A stretch of 64,000 bases of DNA from Stegostoma tigrinum. Lineage: Eukaryota. The position numbers and the translations under genes are program-made. How positions within the stretch are numbered: position 1 is the first letter of the stretch; each line of letters starts with the position of its first letter. The notes below the pieces were generated by a model, which saw nothing but the letters and a program-made list of their open reading frames with translations, did no database searches and was not told the DNA's origin. This document shows positions 48,601 to 60,990 of the stretch, in pieces. The DNA is taken from positions 1,054,001-1,118,000 of the forward strand of contig NC_081387.1 in NCBI RefSeq assembly GCF_030684315.1, given 5' to 3'.

Positions 48601-51600
48601 AAATAATCACTAAACCACACAGAGCCCCCTGTAAATAATCCCTAAATCACACAGAGCCTCCTGTAAATAATCTCTAAAACACACAGAGCCCCCTGTAAAT
48701 AAACATTAAATCACACAGAGCCCACTGCAAATAATCCCTAAATCACACAGAGCCTCCTGTAAATAATCCCTAAATCACACAGAGACCCCTGTAAATAATC
48801 CCCAAATCACAACAGAGCCCCCTGTAAATAAACATTAAATCACACAGAGCCCACTGTAATTAATCCCTAAATCACACAAAGCCCCCTGTAAATAATCCCT
48901 AAATCACACAGAGCCCCCTGTAAATAATCCCTAAATCACACAGAGCCTCCTGTAAATAATCTCTAAAACACACAGAGCCCCTGTAAATAAACATTAAATC
49001 ACACAGAGCCCACTGCAAATAATCCCTAAATCACACAGAGCCTCCTGTAAATAATCCCTAAATCACACAGAGCCCCCTGTAAATAATCCCTAAATCACAC
49101 AGAGACCCCTGTAAATAATCACTAAATCACACAGAGCCGACTGTAAATAAGCCCTGAAACACACAGAGCCCCCTGTAAATAAACCCTAAAACACACAGAG
49201 CCCCCTGTAAATAATCCCTGAAACACACAGAGCCCCCTGTAAATAATCCCTAAATCACACAGAGCCCCCTGTAAATAAACCCTAAATCACACAGAGCCCC
49301 CTGTAAATAATCCCTAAATCACACAAAGCCCTCTGTAAATAATCACTAAAACACACAGAGCCCCCTGTAAATAATCACTAAATCACACAGAGCCCCATGT
49401 AAATAATCCCTAAATCACACAGAGCCCCCTGTAAATAATCTCTAAAACACACAGAGCCCCCTGTAAATAATCACTAAAACACACAGAGCCCACTGTAAAT
49501 AATCACTAAATCACACAGAGCCCCCTGTAAATAATCCCTAAATCACACAGAGCCTCCTGTAAATAATCTCTAAAACACACAGAGCCCCCTGTAAATAAAC
49601 ATTAAATCACACAGAGCCCCCTGTAAATAATCACTAAATCACAGAGCCTCCTGTAAATAATCTCTAAAACACACAGAGCCCCTGTAAATAAACATTAAAT
49701 CACACAGAGCCCACTGCAAAAATCCCTAAATCACACAGAGCCTCCTGTAAATAATCCCTAAATCACACAGAGACCCCTGTAAATAATCCCCAAATCACAA
49801 CAGAGCCCCCTGTAAATAAACATTAAATCACACAGAGCCCACTGTAATTAATCCCTAAATCACACAAAGCCCCCTGTAAATAATCCCTAAATCACACAGA
49901 GCCCCCTGTAAATAATCCCTAAATCACACAGAGCCTCCTGTAAATAATCTCTAAAACACACAGAGCCCCTGTAAATAAACATTAAATCACACAGAGCCCA
50001 CTGCAAATTATCCCTAAATCACACAGAGCCTCCTGTAAATAATCCCTAAATCACACAGAGCCCCCTGTAAATAATCCCTAAATCACACAGAGACCCCTGT
50101 AAATAATCCCTAAATCACACAGAGCCCACTGTAAATAATCACTAAATCACACAGAGCCCACTGTAAATAAGCCCTGAAACACACAGAGCCCCCTGTAAAT
50201 AAACCCTAAAACACACAGAGCCCCCTGTAAATAATCCCTAAAACACAGAGAGCCCCCTGTAAATAAACATTAAATCACACATAGACCCCTGAAAATAAGC
50301 CCTGAAACACACAGAGCCCGCTCTAAATAATCCCTAAATCACACAGAGCCCCCTGTAAATAATCCCTGAAACACACAGAGCCCCCTGTAAGTAATCACTA
50401 AATCACACAGAGCCCCCTGCAAATAATCCCTAAATCACACAGAGCCTCCTGTAAATAATCTCTAAAACACACAGAGCCCCCTGTAAATAAACATTAAATC
50501 ACACAGAGCCCACTGTAAATAATCCCTAAATCACACAGAGTCCCCTGTAAATAATCCCTAAATCACACAGAGCCCCCTCTAAATAATCATTAAATCACAC
50601 AGAGCTTCCTGTAAATAATCTCTAAAACACACAGAGCCCCCGTAAATAATCTCTAAAACACACAGAGCCCCCTGTAAATAAACATTAAATCACACAGAGC
50701 CCCCTGTAAATAATCTCTAAATCACACAGAGCCCCCTGTAAATAATCCCTGAAACACACAGAGCCCCCTGTAAATAATCACTAAATCACACAGAGCCCCC
50801 TGTAAATAAACCCTAAATCACACAGAGCCCCCTGTAAATAATCCCTAAATCACACAAAGCCCTCTGTAAATAATCACTAAAACACACAGAGCCCCCTGTA
50901 AATAAACATTAAATTACACAGAGCCCCCTGTAAATAATCCCTAAAACACACAGAGCCCCCTGTAAATAAACATTAAATTACACAGAGCTGCCTGTAAATA
51001 ATCTCTAAAACACACAGAGCCCCCTATAAATAATCTCTAAAACACACAGAGCCCCCTGTAAATAAACATTAAATCACACATAGCCCCCTGTAAATAATCC
51101 CTAAAACACAGAGAGCCCCCTGTAAAAAAATCCCTAAAACGCACAGAGCCCCCTGTAAATAAACATTAAATCACACATAACCCCCTGTAAATAACCCCTA
51201 AATCACACACAGCCTCCTGTAAATAATCACTAAAACACACAGAGCCTCCTGTAAATAATCCCTAAAACACACAGAGCCCACTGTAAATAATCCCTAAATC
51301 ACACAGAGCCCACTGTAAATAATCCCTAAATCACACAGAGCCCACTGTAAATAATCACTAAATCACACAGAGCCCACTGTAAAAATCCCTAAAACACACA
51401 GAGCCCCCTGTAAATAATCCCTGAAACACACACAGCCCCCTCTAAATAATCCCTAAATCACACAGAGCCCCCTGTAAATAATCCCTAAATCACACAGAGC
51501 ACCCTGTAAATAAACATTAAATCACACAGATTCTCCTGTAAATAAACTCTGAAGCACAGAGCCCCCAGTAAATAAATCCTAAAACACAAAGCCCCCAGTA

Positions 51601-52110
51601 AATAAATCCTAAAACACAGAGACCGCTGTAAATAAACCCTAAAACACAGAGCCCCTGGTAAATAATCCCTAAAGCACACAGAGCCTCCTGTAAATAAACA
51701 CTAAATCACAGAGGCCCCTGTAAATAACCTGAAAACGCAGAGCCTCCTGTAAATAATCCCTAAAACACACAAGGCCCACTATAAATAATCCTTCAAACAC
51801 ACACAACCCCCTGTAAATAAACCCTAAAACACACAGAACACCCTGTAAATAATCCCGGAAACACACATAGCCCCCTGTAAATAATCCCTAAAACACACAG
51901 AACACCCTGCAACTAGACCATCAAACAGAGCCCCTGTAAATAATCTCTAAAACAGAGCCCCCTGTAAATAAATCCTAAAACACAGAGGGCCCTCTACATA
52001 AATCCTAAAACACAGAGCCCCGGTAAATAAATCCTAAAACATAGAGCCTCCTGTAAATAAACCCTAAAACACAGAGGGCCCTGTAAATAAACCCTAAAAC
52101 AGAGAGAGCC
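45683..52110 (+). repeat. 6.4-kb 32-bp satellite (about 200 copies) in MHC intron 1
   Basis: Unit AGAGCCCCCTGTAAATAATCCCTAAATCACAC with recurring variants; degenerates toward 52.1 kb. Confidence 0.97.
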
Positions 52111-54794
52111 CGAGACCGCGTACACAGGCCTGTGGCGCGAAGCAGGGTTGCCAGCGATCAGTGGCCCAGTGTGAAGTGTGGCAGAAGCCAGCTGTCAGAG
52201 TATGTGAAGACTCCTGTGCTGATCTGCTGCAGATAACCCTCAGAGAGAGACTCTGATGTTGGCATTTTAAGATTGCTTCTTGTTTTTCTGACCGAGGGTT
52301 ATACTGTGTACAGCTGTAATGTATCCTTGCTTCCTTCATTTCTGTCGCTTACTGTGCCTAAGATGGCGCCATCTGTTGTTCATTCTGTTACACTGTAACT
52401 AATCTGTAAGCGAAGAATCTTTACTCCGGTACCTTTGCACCCAAGGTGGTGCTGTAAGTGATGACTTATCAACTTCACACATAGTCATTTGAGTACGTTA
52501 CAATAAAGCTAATCCAATTCAATTCAATTATCAGTATTCAATTCAATATTCATCCAGAGACTCTCGTAATGTTCTGGGGATCTGGGTACAAATCCATAGA
52601 ATCTGGAATTAAGAGTTGAACAATGACCATGAATCAATTCTCAGGAAATCTACCATCCTTACCTGATCTACAAGTGACCTCAGACCCACACCAATGTGGT
52701 TTACTCAGCTAGCCTAGTCAGACACACCCACATTCTGTGAGTGAATATGATTATTTAATAAAAGTCATGTTTTCAAAAATATTATTACAAATATGAAATG
52801 ACCCCTGTGAAATTCAGACCCCTTCAAGCGATCGCAGTGTGTGAAATAGGTTTAAAATCGTGAATAGTCAGAAATCACTGAGTTGGGCAGAATCTGAAAA
52901 TACGTCTGTGCTCACAATCATGACAGTGCATATTTTCCAGTGGATTTGAAACATTAATGTATTTGAGTTCCAAGGAAGGGTCCAAAATGTTAACTCTGAT
53001 TTCTGTTCACAGATGCTGCCAGACTTTCTGAACTTTTCCAACAATTTTTCTGTTTTTGTTATTAATGCATTTGATCCTTCTTTAGCTTGCAGCATGCACA
53101 ATGTTGCAAACCTCTCTTGTCAGTCATAACCAGAATAAATATGAGTAAATTTGACATTTATGAGCAACCAATTCAGCTGAAATAAGTGTGTGTACCAGAG
53201 AACTGTTTGTAAAGTATGCCTTGTTAATGAAAAGGTTGAGAACACTGTCCTAATAAAATGGCATTATTTATCTCCAGGGCTAGAATACAAGGGGATGGAG
53301 TTACATTCCATCTGTACAGACCCTTTTTAGACTTGAGCTGGAGAACTGTGTTCAGTTTTGGACAGAGCACATAGGTAAAAATATATTGGCCTGGGATGGA
53401 ATGCAGCATACAGTCACCATGGTGTGCCAGGAGATTAAACAGTTAAATTCGGAGATGAGATTATTTTAACATGACCTGTATTCTTTTCATTTAGAAGATT
53501 AAGGGTTGCTACATTGAAGTGTTTACAATATAAATTAATCCATATTCCAAAAATGAAGTTGTGAAACAACTGACTGTGTCACTCCAATTCAACTTTACTC
53601 CATCTCAGCTCCATCTGTTGCTGAAACCTTCATTCGCGAGACAACTATGCCAATGGGTTCCTGATGGAAATCATATGTTCTACCCTTGAATTCGCCCCAA
53701 AATCCGGTCTGAATTCCTGCCGAATCCCTGCTCACTGATTCCCCATCAAGGAACATCTATATTTCATATTTCTGATCCCTGATTTTAAATCTCTCCATGA
53801 TGTTTCCCCTCCCAATCTCCATCATCTCTTACACACCCACAGCCGTCCAACATACCTCTTCAGCATCTCCCATTTGACTGGTCGCAACTTCAGCTGTCAA
53901 GTCCCCAGCCTCTGGAATTCCCGTCCTAAACCTCTCCATCTCTACACCTCACCCTCCTCCTTTCACACCCTCCATAGAACTGCTCTCTTTGATCTGGTGT
54001 TTGTTTATTTCTTTATCTCCTCATGTGTCTCAGTGTCAGACTTTATGACAATTCTGTGAGGGACCTTCAATAGGGATTTCAGGGCCAGAGAAATTGCTCC
54101 CCCTGCTGGGAGAATCACAAACCACTGACATGATCTGAACATGAAACCTTTACTGTTCAGGAGGGAAACCAGGAAACAGTTTCTCACACACAAGGGGAGT
54201 GAAAATCCAGAGAACACTCTCCTCATAAAGCTGCAGATATTGGGCAATAATTGCAGTTATTCACACAGAGAGACATAGACTTTTAGAAAAACAAGATACT
54301 GTGGATTCTGGAAATCTGAATACAAACTGAAAGTGCTAGAAATCCCCAGCAGCTGTGTCAATCCCTGTGGAGAGAAACAGTTAGTGTTTCTTGGCAATGA
54401 TCGGTGATCAGTCTGTGACCTCTGTTCCTCAGTCTATAGACAGCTGTGTTCAGTGAAGGGGTCACAGCAGATCGAGCAAACTTAGGGAAAGAGGGGCACA
54501 TTATCTGTCATCTAATTGGTCATTGATGGAACTGACTGGAGGGGATGAACCACTGCTGCGTTCTCCTCTCACCAATCTCACCTTGCTAATCCGAACATCT
54601 CTGTTTCTACAATCTCGTCACCCTAACCTAAGACCCTTATACACACCATCTCTCTCTCCCTCCAGCCTCATCACTCTAAACTTCAGTCACCCACACCGTC
54701 TCCCAGTCTCTCTCCGCAGCCCCTTATCCCAGTCCCATCTTTCCCTGGCCCGTTCTGATCGTTGGTCTCCTTCCCCACTGAGACTAACTGAGGA

Positions 54795-55077
54795 TTAATG
54801 CCCAATACAGAGCCTGGCACTGAGACCCTCCCTGATCAGGAGTTAATGCTCCAATACCCAGGCTGGCACTGAGACCCTCTCTATCAGGGGTTAATGCTCC
54901 AATACCCAGGCTGGCACTGAGACCCTCTCTATCAGGGGTTAATGCTCCAATACCCAGGCTGGCACTGAGACCCTCTCTGATCAGGGGTTAATGCTCTAAT
55001 ACCCAGGCTGGCACTGAGATCCTCTCTGATCAGGGGTTAATACTCCAATACCCAGGCTGGCACTGAGATCCTCTCTG
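54795..55077 (+). repeat. 48/49-bp VNTR (about 6 copies) adjacent to the exon 1 donor
   Basis: CCAATACCCAGGCTGGCACTGAGACCCTCTCT(G)ATCAGGGGTTAATGCT at 54851, 54899, 54947 and onward. Confidence 0.92.
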
Positions 55078-55091
55078 TGCCCATTACCCAC

Positions 55092-55140
55092 CTGCAGATG
55101 CCCCTCCACACAGGAGGCCGAGTAGTATAAGTCTGAACAT
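55092..55140 (-). CDS. UAA: MHC class I heavy chain exon 1 (signal peptide MFRLILLGLLCGGASA)
   Basis: ATG at 55140; 16 hydrophobic codons ending A-S-A; phase-1 donor G|GTGGGT at 55091; joins in frame to GG TCT CAC (GSH) of alpha1; lies about 310 bp downstream of an S-X-Y module. Confidence 0.9.
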
Positions 55141-55319
55141 TGCCTTCTGCCCTCGCAGAGTTTGAGAAATGGTCTGTAGTCGCTGCTTTTGGAACAGATG
55201 ATCTTGCACTGGAGAGATCCTGATAGTGTCCTACTCTGGATCTGTCTGAATATGCTCTGACCCAGGGCCGGTGAAAGTAACATCAAATCCCTCCTTACTG
55301 ATCATCAAATCCCTCCTTA

Positions 55320-55351
55320 CTGATTGGACACTGCTTACACACTGAGCCAAT
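55320..55351. promoter_or_regulatory. Two proximal CCAAT boxes in opposite orientations
   Basis: CTGATTGG at 55320-55327 and CCAAT at 55347-55351 on the + strand, between the SXY module and the ATG. Confidence 0.55.
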
Positions 55352-55449
55352 GAGAATAGGAACAGTATATGAGTTGGCAGTTTCTGGGTAGAACATTACT
55401 GGACAGGTTGAGTCGTCTCCAAATAAATTAGAAAATTACAGTGAACCAC

Positions 55450-55540
55450 CCAATCAGAGAGATACTGTAAAGACACACCATCGGTTACCAGGGAGAATAA
55501 ACTGCAGCAGGTTTTCAGAATCAAAGGAGAAAGTGAAAGT
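55450..55540 (-). promoter_or_regulatory. MHC class I promoter: ISRE + S-X-Y module
   Basis: Sense strand reads ACTTTCACTTTCTC (ISRE, 55540-55527), AAAACCT (S, 55515-55509), 16-bp spacer, CCTGGTAACCGATG (X1/RFX, 55492-55479), CTGATTGG (Y/NF-Y, 55457-55450); order and spacing match mammalian MHC SXY modules. Confidence 0.85.
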
Positions 55541-55696
55541 GATTTGATGCAGAACATGAACAGGGGGGAAACATTAGGAACATTCAAGCTGGCTGCTCAA
55601 TGTGTCTGCAACATTTACCCATCTTTATTCAAAGTCCCCTCAAACCCTAACCTCAAAAATTATTTCCACTCAGATATCCAATCTCCCTCTGTCCCA

Positions 55697-56247
55697 CGAT
55701 AACAAAGTGTGGAGTTGGATGAACCCAGCAGGCCAAGCAGCATCTCAGGACCACAAAAGCTGGCGTTTCGGGCCTAGACCCTTCATCAGAAAAGGGGGAT
55801 GGGGAGACGGTTCTGAACTAAATAGGGAGAGAGGGGAAGGCGGACCGAAGATGGATGGAGGAGAAGATAGGTGGAGAGGAGTGCATAGATGGGGAGGTGG
55901 GGAGGGGATAGGTCAGTCTGGGGAGGATGGACAGGTCAAGGGGGTGGGATGAGGTTAGTAGGTAGGAAATGGAGGTGCGGCTTGAGGTGGGAGGAAGGGA
56001 TGGGTGAGAGGAAGAACAGGTTAGGAAGGCAGAGACAGGCTGGGCTGGTTTTGGGATGCAGTGGGGGAAGGGGAGATTTTGAAGCTTGTGAAGTCTACAT
56101 TGATACCATTGGGCTGCAGGGTTCCCAAGTGGAATATGAGTTGCTGTTCCTGCAATCTGCTTGGCCTGCTGTGTTCATCCAGCTTCACACTTTGTTATCT
56201 TGGATTCTCCAGCATCTGCAGTTCCCATTATCTGTGATCACAATTTT
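55697..56247 (-). mobile_element. Fold-back Penelope-like insertion about 160 bp upstream of the ISRE
   Basis: Minus-strand 3' fragment followed by a plus-strand tail; 13-bp TSD TCCCTCTGTCCCA at 55684-55696 and 56248-56260. Confidence 0.87.
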
Positions 56248-57248
56248 TCCCTCTGTCCCAATGTGCTCAGTCTCCCGAGGGGGAGAGAGTGATTAATTTC
56301 TACTCTCCGGGTGTGAAAATACTGTGTCCATCTCTACCTAATTGAATCCAAGTGAACATTATAGACACCTAGATTAGATCACCCTTGACAGTCCATGCTC
56401 TGAGAAACTGAGTTTATACTTTATAATGTGAGACAGATATTGCAAAAACGAGGAAGTCCTGCTGAACTTTATAAAATATTGTTTTGTCCCTGTCTGAAGG
56501 ACTGCTGTATTCTGGACCGTCCCACTACAGGACAGTGTAAAAATCTTACAGACAACTATTAAGATGGCACACTGGATGAAGAATACATTTCCCATCATAC
56601 TCAGCAAGGTGGTGATCCCATTGGACAGGGAGATTGAAAGATGATGGTGTCAAGACAATGTTAACATTTAGAATGTTAACATTGAGGAAAGATTAACATT
56701 AGACCAGAGGAGACAAATGGGAGATTTACTTGGCGGTTATAAAATCAGAATGAGATATGAGTAGGGAGGGACGAAGGACAGACATATAGACAAATTGGAG
56801 TTGGCCATTCCACTCCTTATGCCTGTTCCACCATTCAATAAGATCATGGCTGATCTGATTAGCCTTTGGTCCTGCCTTCCCTTGTAACCTTTCACTCCCT
56901 CTTCAATCAAGAATCTATTCACTGCCGCCTTGTAAAGACTCAGCAATGTTGCTCCTACCACCTTTTGAGGAAAAGAGTTCCAAAGACACGGGGCCTTCAA
57001 TGAAACCAGTTTTCACCTGATCTATGTCTTAAATGGATGGTCTGTTATCTGACCCTGAGATTCTCCCAGAAGGGGAAACACCCTCTCCACGGCCTGCCCT
57101 GTCATTCCCTTCAGGTTCTTACAGTGTTTCAGCAAAGTTGTCTCATTTTTCTAAACTCCACAAGATACAAGCCCAACCTGTCCACCACTTCCTCATATGG
57201 CAACCTACTAATCCCACAGAAACATTGAAGATAGGAAGAGGAATGGGC

Positions 57249-57920
57249 AGATAATAAAGTGTGGAGCTGGATGAACACAGCAGGCCGAGCAGCATCTTAG
57301 AAGCACAAAAGCTGGCGTTTCGGGCCTAGGCCCTTCATCAGAGAGGGGGATGGTGAAAGGGTTCTGAAATAAGTAGGGAGAGAGGGAGAGGCGGACCGAA
57401 GATGGATAGAGGAGAAGATAGGTGGAGAGGAGAGTATAGGTGGGGAGGTAGGGAAAGGATAGGTCAGTCCGGGGAGGACGGACAGGCCAAGAGGGCGGGG
57501 TGAGGCTAGTAGGTAGGAAATGGAGGTGCGGCTTGAGGTGGGAGGAGGGGATAGGTGAGAGGAAGAGCAGGTTAGGGAGGCAGGGACAAGCTGGGCTGGT
57601 TTTCGGATGCAGCGGGGGAGGGGAGATTTTGAAGCTTCTGAAGTCCATATTAATGCCATTGGGCTGCAGGGTTCCCAAGCGTAATATGACTTGCTAATCC
57701 TGCAACCTATGGGTGGCATCATTATGGCACAGCAGGAGGTCCATGATAGACATGTCGTCTAAGGAATGGGAGGGGGAGTTAAAATGGCTCACGACTGGGA
57801 GGTTCAGTTATTGCGAACCGAGTGGAGGTGTTTTGCAAAGCAGTCCTGAAGCCTCTGCTTGCTTTCCCCAATGTAGAGGAAGCCACACCGGGTACAGCGG
57901 ATGCAGTAAACCACATTAAC
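57249..57920 (-). mobile_element. 5'-truncated Penelope-like element
   Basis: GIY-YIG C-terminal region (GTLQPNGINMDF) and tail. Confidence 0.85.
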
Positions 57921-58859
57921 AGGAATGGGCAATTTGGCACCTCAAGCCTGTTCTGCCTTCAACACGATCATGGTTAATCAGTTAAATCAATGCTCTAATC
58001 CCACCACCACCCCCCACCTCCACATTCTTTTTAGCCACAAGAGCTCCTTCTTAAAAACACATGATACTTTGTCCAAACTGCTTTCAGCAGTAGTGAAGGT
58101 GACAGGCTGACCAGCCTCTAGATGCTGCCAATTCTGTGAGGAACCCTCAATACAGATTTCAGATCTAGAGAGCAGGAGCACACCACAACTTTGAACTCTC
58201 CTGCCATGATTTACTCCTTTAAATTAATTGGTTTCGAGTTTAGTGAACCTTGATCTGAATTGCTTCCAATATTTTAAGATGTAAGCTTTCCTGCCACATC
58301 TCGCCCATTCCAGAAGTACGGGAGTGCAGTGAAAAGTGAACAATGACACCAAACATGGAATTATCCTAGGTACAAAACTTAGGTACAAATAGTAGTACAA
58401 GAGAAACAAAATTATAAATAAATCATTACTATTGTTCTTAGTATGTGTAGAAAAATAAAGAAATAAAGTTAAAAGTTAACGAGCGGAAAACTAGAACTTG
58501 GTCTCCTCCACTTTGGCCCATTCTCCAGGAGACTTTGGGATTTCTGCTCTGAATGCCGCACATGCCTGGCACCTCCCTCAACAACACACTGGACCCACTC
58601 TAACCACGTTGGGCTGAGGCCCACAGCTGCTTCCACACACTGACCTCCAGCTGGCACCACTCAGGACTCACATCTGCTGCTACATGAAGAATGATGCCTT
58701 TGCCATGGCTGTGTCTCTGTCCAGAAGTCCAGAAGGTAAGTAACAAAAAGACAAGATAGAGAGAGAAGGAAAAGAAAGAATGCAGCCAGCCTGGAACGGC
58801 CATCTTGAACAGCTGGCTCAATCTCAGTGTATTCACATTTCTCTTGAAATAAGATGAAC

Positions 58860-59640
58860 AATACTGTGCTCAGTACTGCAAATGTGGTCTTAGCGTTACC
58901 TTGTATGACAGAAACCCTATTTTATTTGCAATTCCCCTGCGAAAAGCTGTATTTATCTAACTATTTGCCTTGTCTGCATAATGTAACTTTGTGAGTTATG
59001 TACAAGGAAACCCTGATCTCTGTACATCACGGAGCTGGGCAACACTTCACCATTTGGACACAGTGCTTCCTTTAGTATTTTGTTCTGCCAAAACGGAATT
59101 TGTACATTTTCTGCTTTGTTGCCCAGTCACGTAACCACTGCAGTCCCATTGTCGCTTCCTTCTGTCCTTTTCACAACTTAATAAATTACCCATCATTGTA
59201 GCATCATCATATTTTGTGACAGTGCCTTCCAAGTAATTTCTATTGTTCGTAACGGCTGAGGGCACACCGCTGCTTCATGTGGCACTCCAGTTATTACACC
59301 TTGCCAACTTAAAAGTGGCCCATATATTCCTACCTGCTGATTCATGTCAGGCAGCCAATCTTCTACCAGGCCAATCTGTTACTGCCTGCACCATGATCTA
59401 TTATTTTTTCAATAACCTTTGATGTGGCTTCATATCAAATGCCTTTTGAAAATCTAGGTATAGTTCATTCACTTAGTTCACCTTTATTCACAGCAGGTCT
59501 TTAATATTAAGCTTGAACATTTCCCCATGTAAGATGTAAGCTGACTGGCTTTCTGCTTTCTGTGTCTCTCCTTTACCCGAATAAAGGACACAAATGTGCT
59601 CTCTTACAATCGATTAGGGCTTCCCAAAATCTAGTAAATT
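58860..59640 (-). mobile_element. Old CR1/L2-like LINE fragment
   Basis: YLDFQKAFD and YDDAT(FADDT)-like relics on the minus strand. Confidence 0.55.
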
Positions 59641-59749
59641 TTAGAAAATGAAAATCAACGAAGTAAAACAAAACACAGGATGAAAATCTAATACAAACAC
59701 AGAAATTGATGTAGAAACTCAACAAGTCTGCCAGCATCTTGTGGCGAGA

Positions 59750-60990
59750 GGCCTGTGGCCCTGACCCAAATTGTTAATTCCTCTCTGGTTACAGGAGAGG
59801 TGCTGGAGGGCTGGAGGATGGTGAATATAGTTCCTCTTTACAAGAAGGTTCGTACAGATAGACCTGGGAACTATAGACCAGTGAGAATAACATCAGTGTT
59901 AGGGAAACTATTGGAGAAAATAGTGAAGGAGAAAATTAATCTCCATTTAGAGAGGCAAGGTTTGATCAGGGAGGGTCAGCATGGGGCTTTGTCAGAGGGA
60001 GGTCATGGCAAACAAATAGGGTGGAATTTTCCGTGGAGGTGACCAAGATGCAGATGAGGGTAGGGTAGCTGATGTAGTTTATATAGATGTCAGCAAAGTC
60101 CCACATGGGAGTCTGATAAAGAAGGTGAAAGGTTACAGCAACTTAGCAAGATGGATCCAAAATTGGCTTAGTGATTGGATACAGAGGGTGGTGGTAGAGA
60201 TCTGTTTGTGTGCAGCGGTATAACACGGGGACCAATGCTGGGTCCATTATTGTTTGTGGTATGCATCAATGATGACTGGGGGATAGGGAAGGGGAGCTGA
60301 TGTTATGGACCATACCAGACCCCTTCAAAATATAATAAGAAGGGAGCCTAGACCCCAACCTTTTCTTATTTTAAAGGCAAGTGCCAGGCGGTATGTTCCG
60401 GATGCAGTTCAATTGATCAGACTACCAGGCTTAAACGAAACACACTTTATTCATACACTGTAGTTAAAATACAACAAGTAAAAGAATTGGAATGACTTAA
60501 CTCTATTGGATAACTTAACACATTAATATATTATTTAACCACTAAATATTAACTGTTCCAACACAGTAACATCCTGTAAACACAGCCTAGGAAAGGCAAA
60601 CTCAGTAAAATAGATTGTCTCACATACAATTCTAGCAGCTCTGACCACACCCTTCCAGGCTACTTCTAATGTTCCAAGCTGTTAGTTTATTGGCTTTGAG
60701 CAGACTGCTCTGTCTCAATGATTCTTCATTTAAAAAAAGGACAAGGTACACCTCTTAAAGCCATAGTATTGTCACAAAAATAAGTTAGTTTGCAGATGAC
60801 AGGAAGATGGTTGACAGTGAGGAGGAAGGTAATAGGTTACAGGAGATTAAGGATTGGTCAGATCGGCAGATCAGTGGCAGATGAAATTTGACCCTGCAAA
60901 ATGTGACTGTGGCATCTTGGAAGAAGGAACAAGACAAGGGAGTACTCAATGAATAGTAGGACACCAAGAAGCTGAGGAAGAAAGGGATTT
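59750..60990 (+). mobile_element. CR1-like LINE RT fragment interrupted by an LTR-like insertion
   Basis: WRMVNIVPLYKK..PGNYRPVRITSVLGKLLEKI; FADD resumes at about 60790. Confidence 0.8.
60301..60776. mobile_element. Solo-LTR-like insertion (TG...CA)
   Basis: 476-bp AT-rich block starting TGTTA and ending TCACA that splits a LINE RT; no clean TSD. Confidence 0.45.

Noticed and set aside
45683-52110. Interstitial telomere (CCCTAA in many units)
   Set aside because: Single hexamers embedded in a 32-bp unit, never tandem
54996-55286. 96-aa ORF as the MHC leader
   Set aside because: The true signal peptide is in another frame (ATG 55140) with a phase-compatible donor
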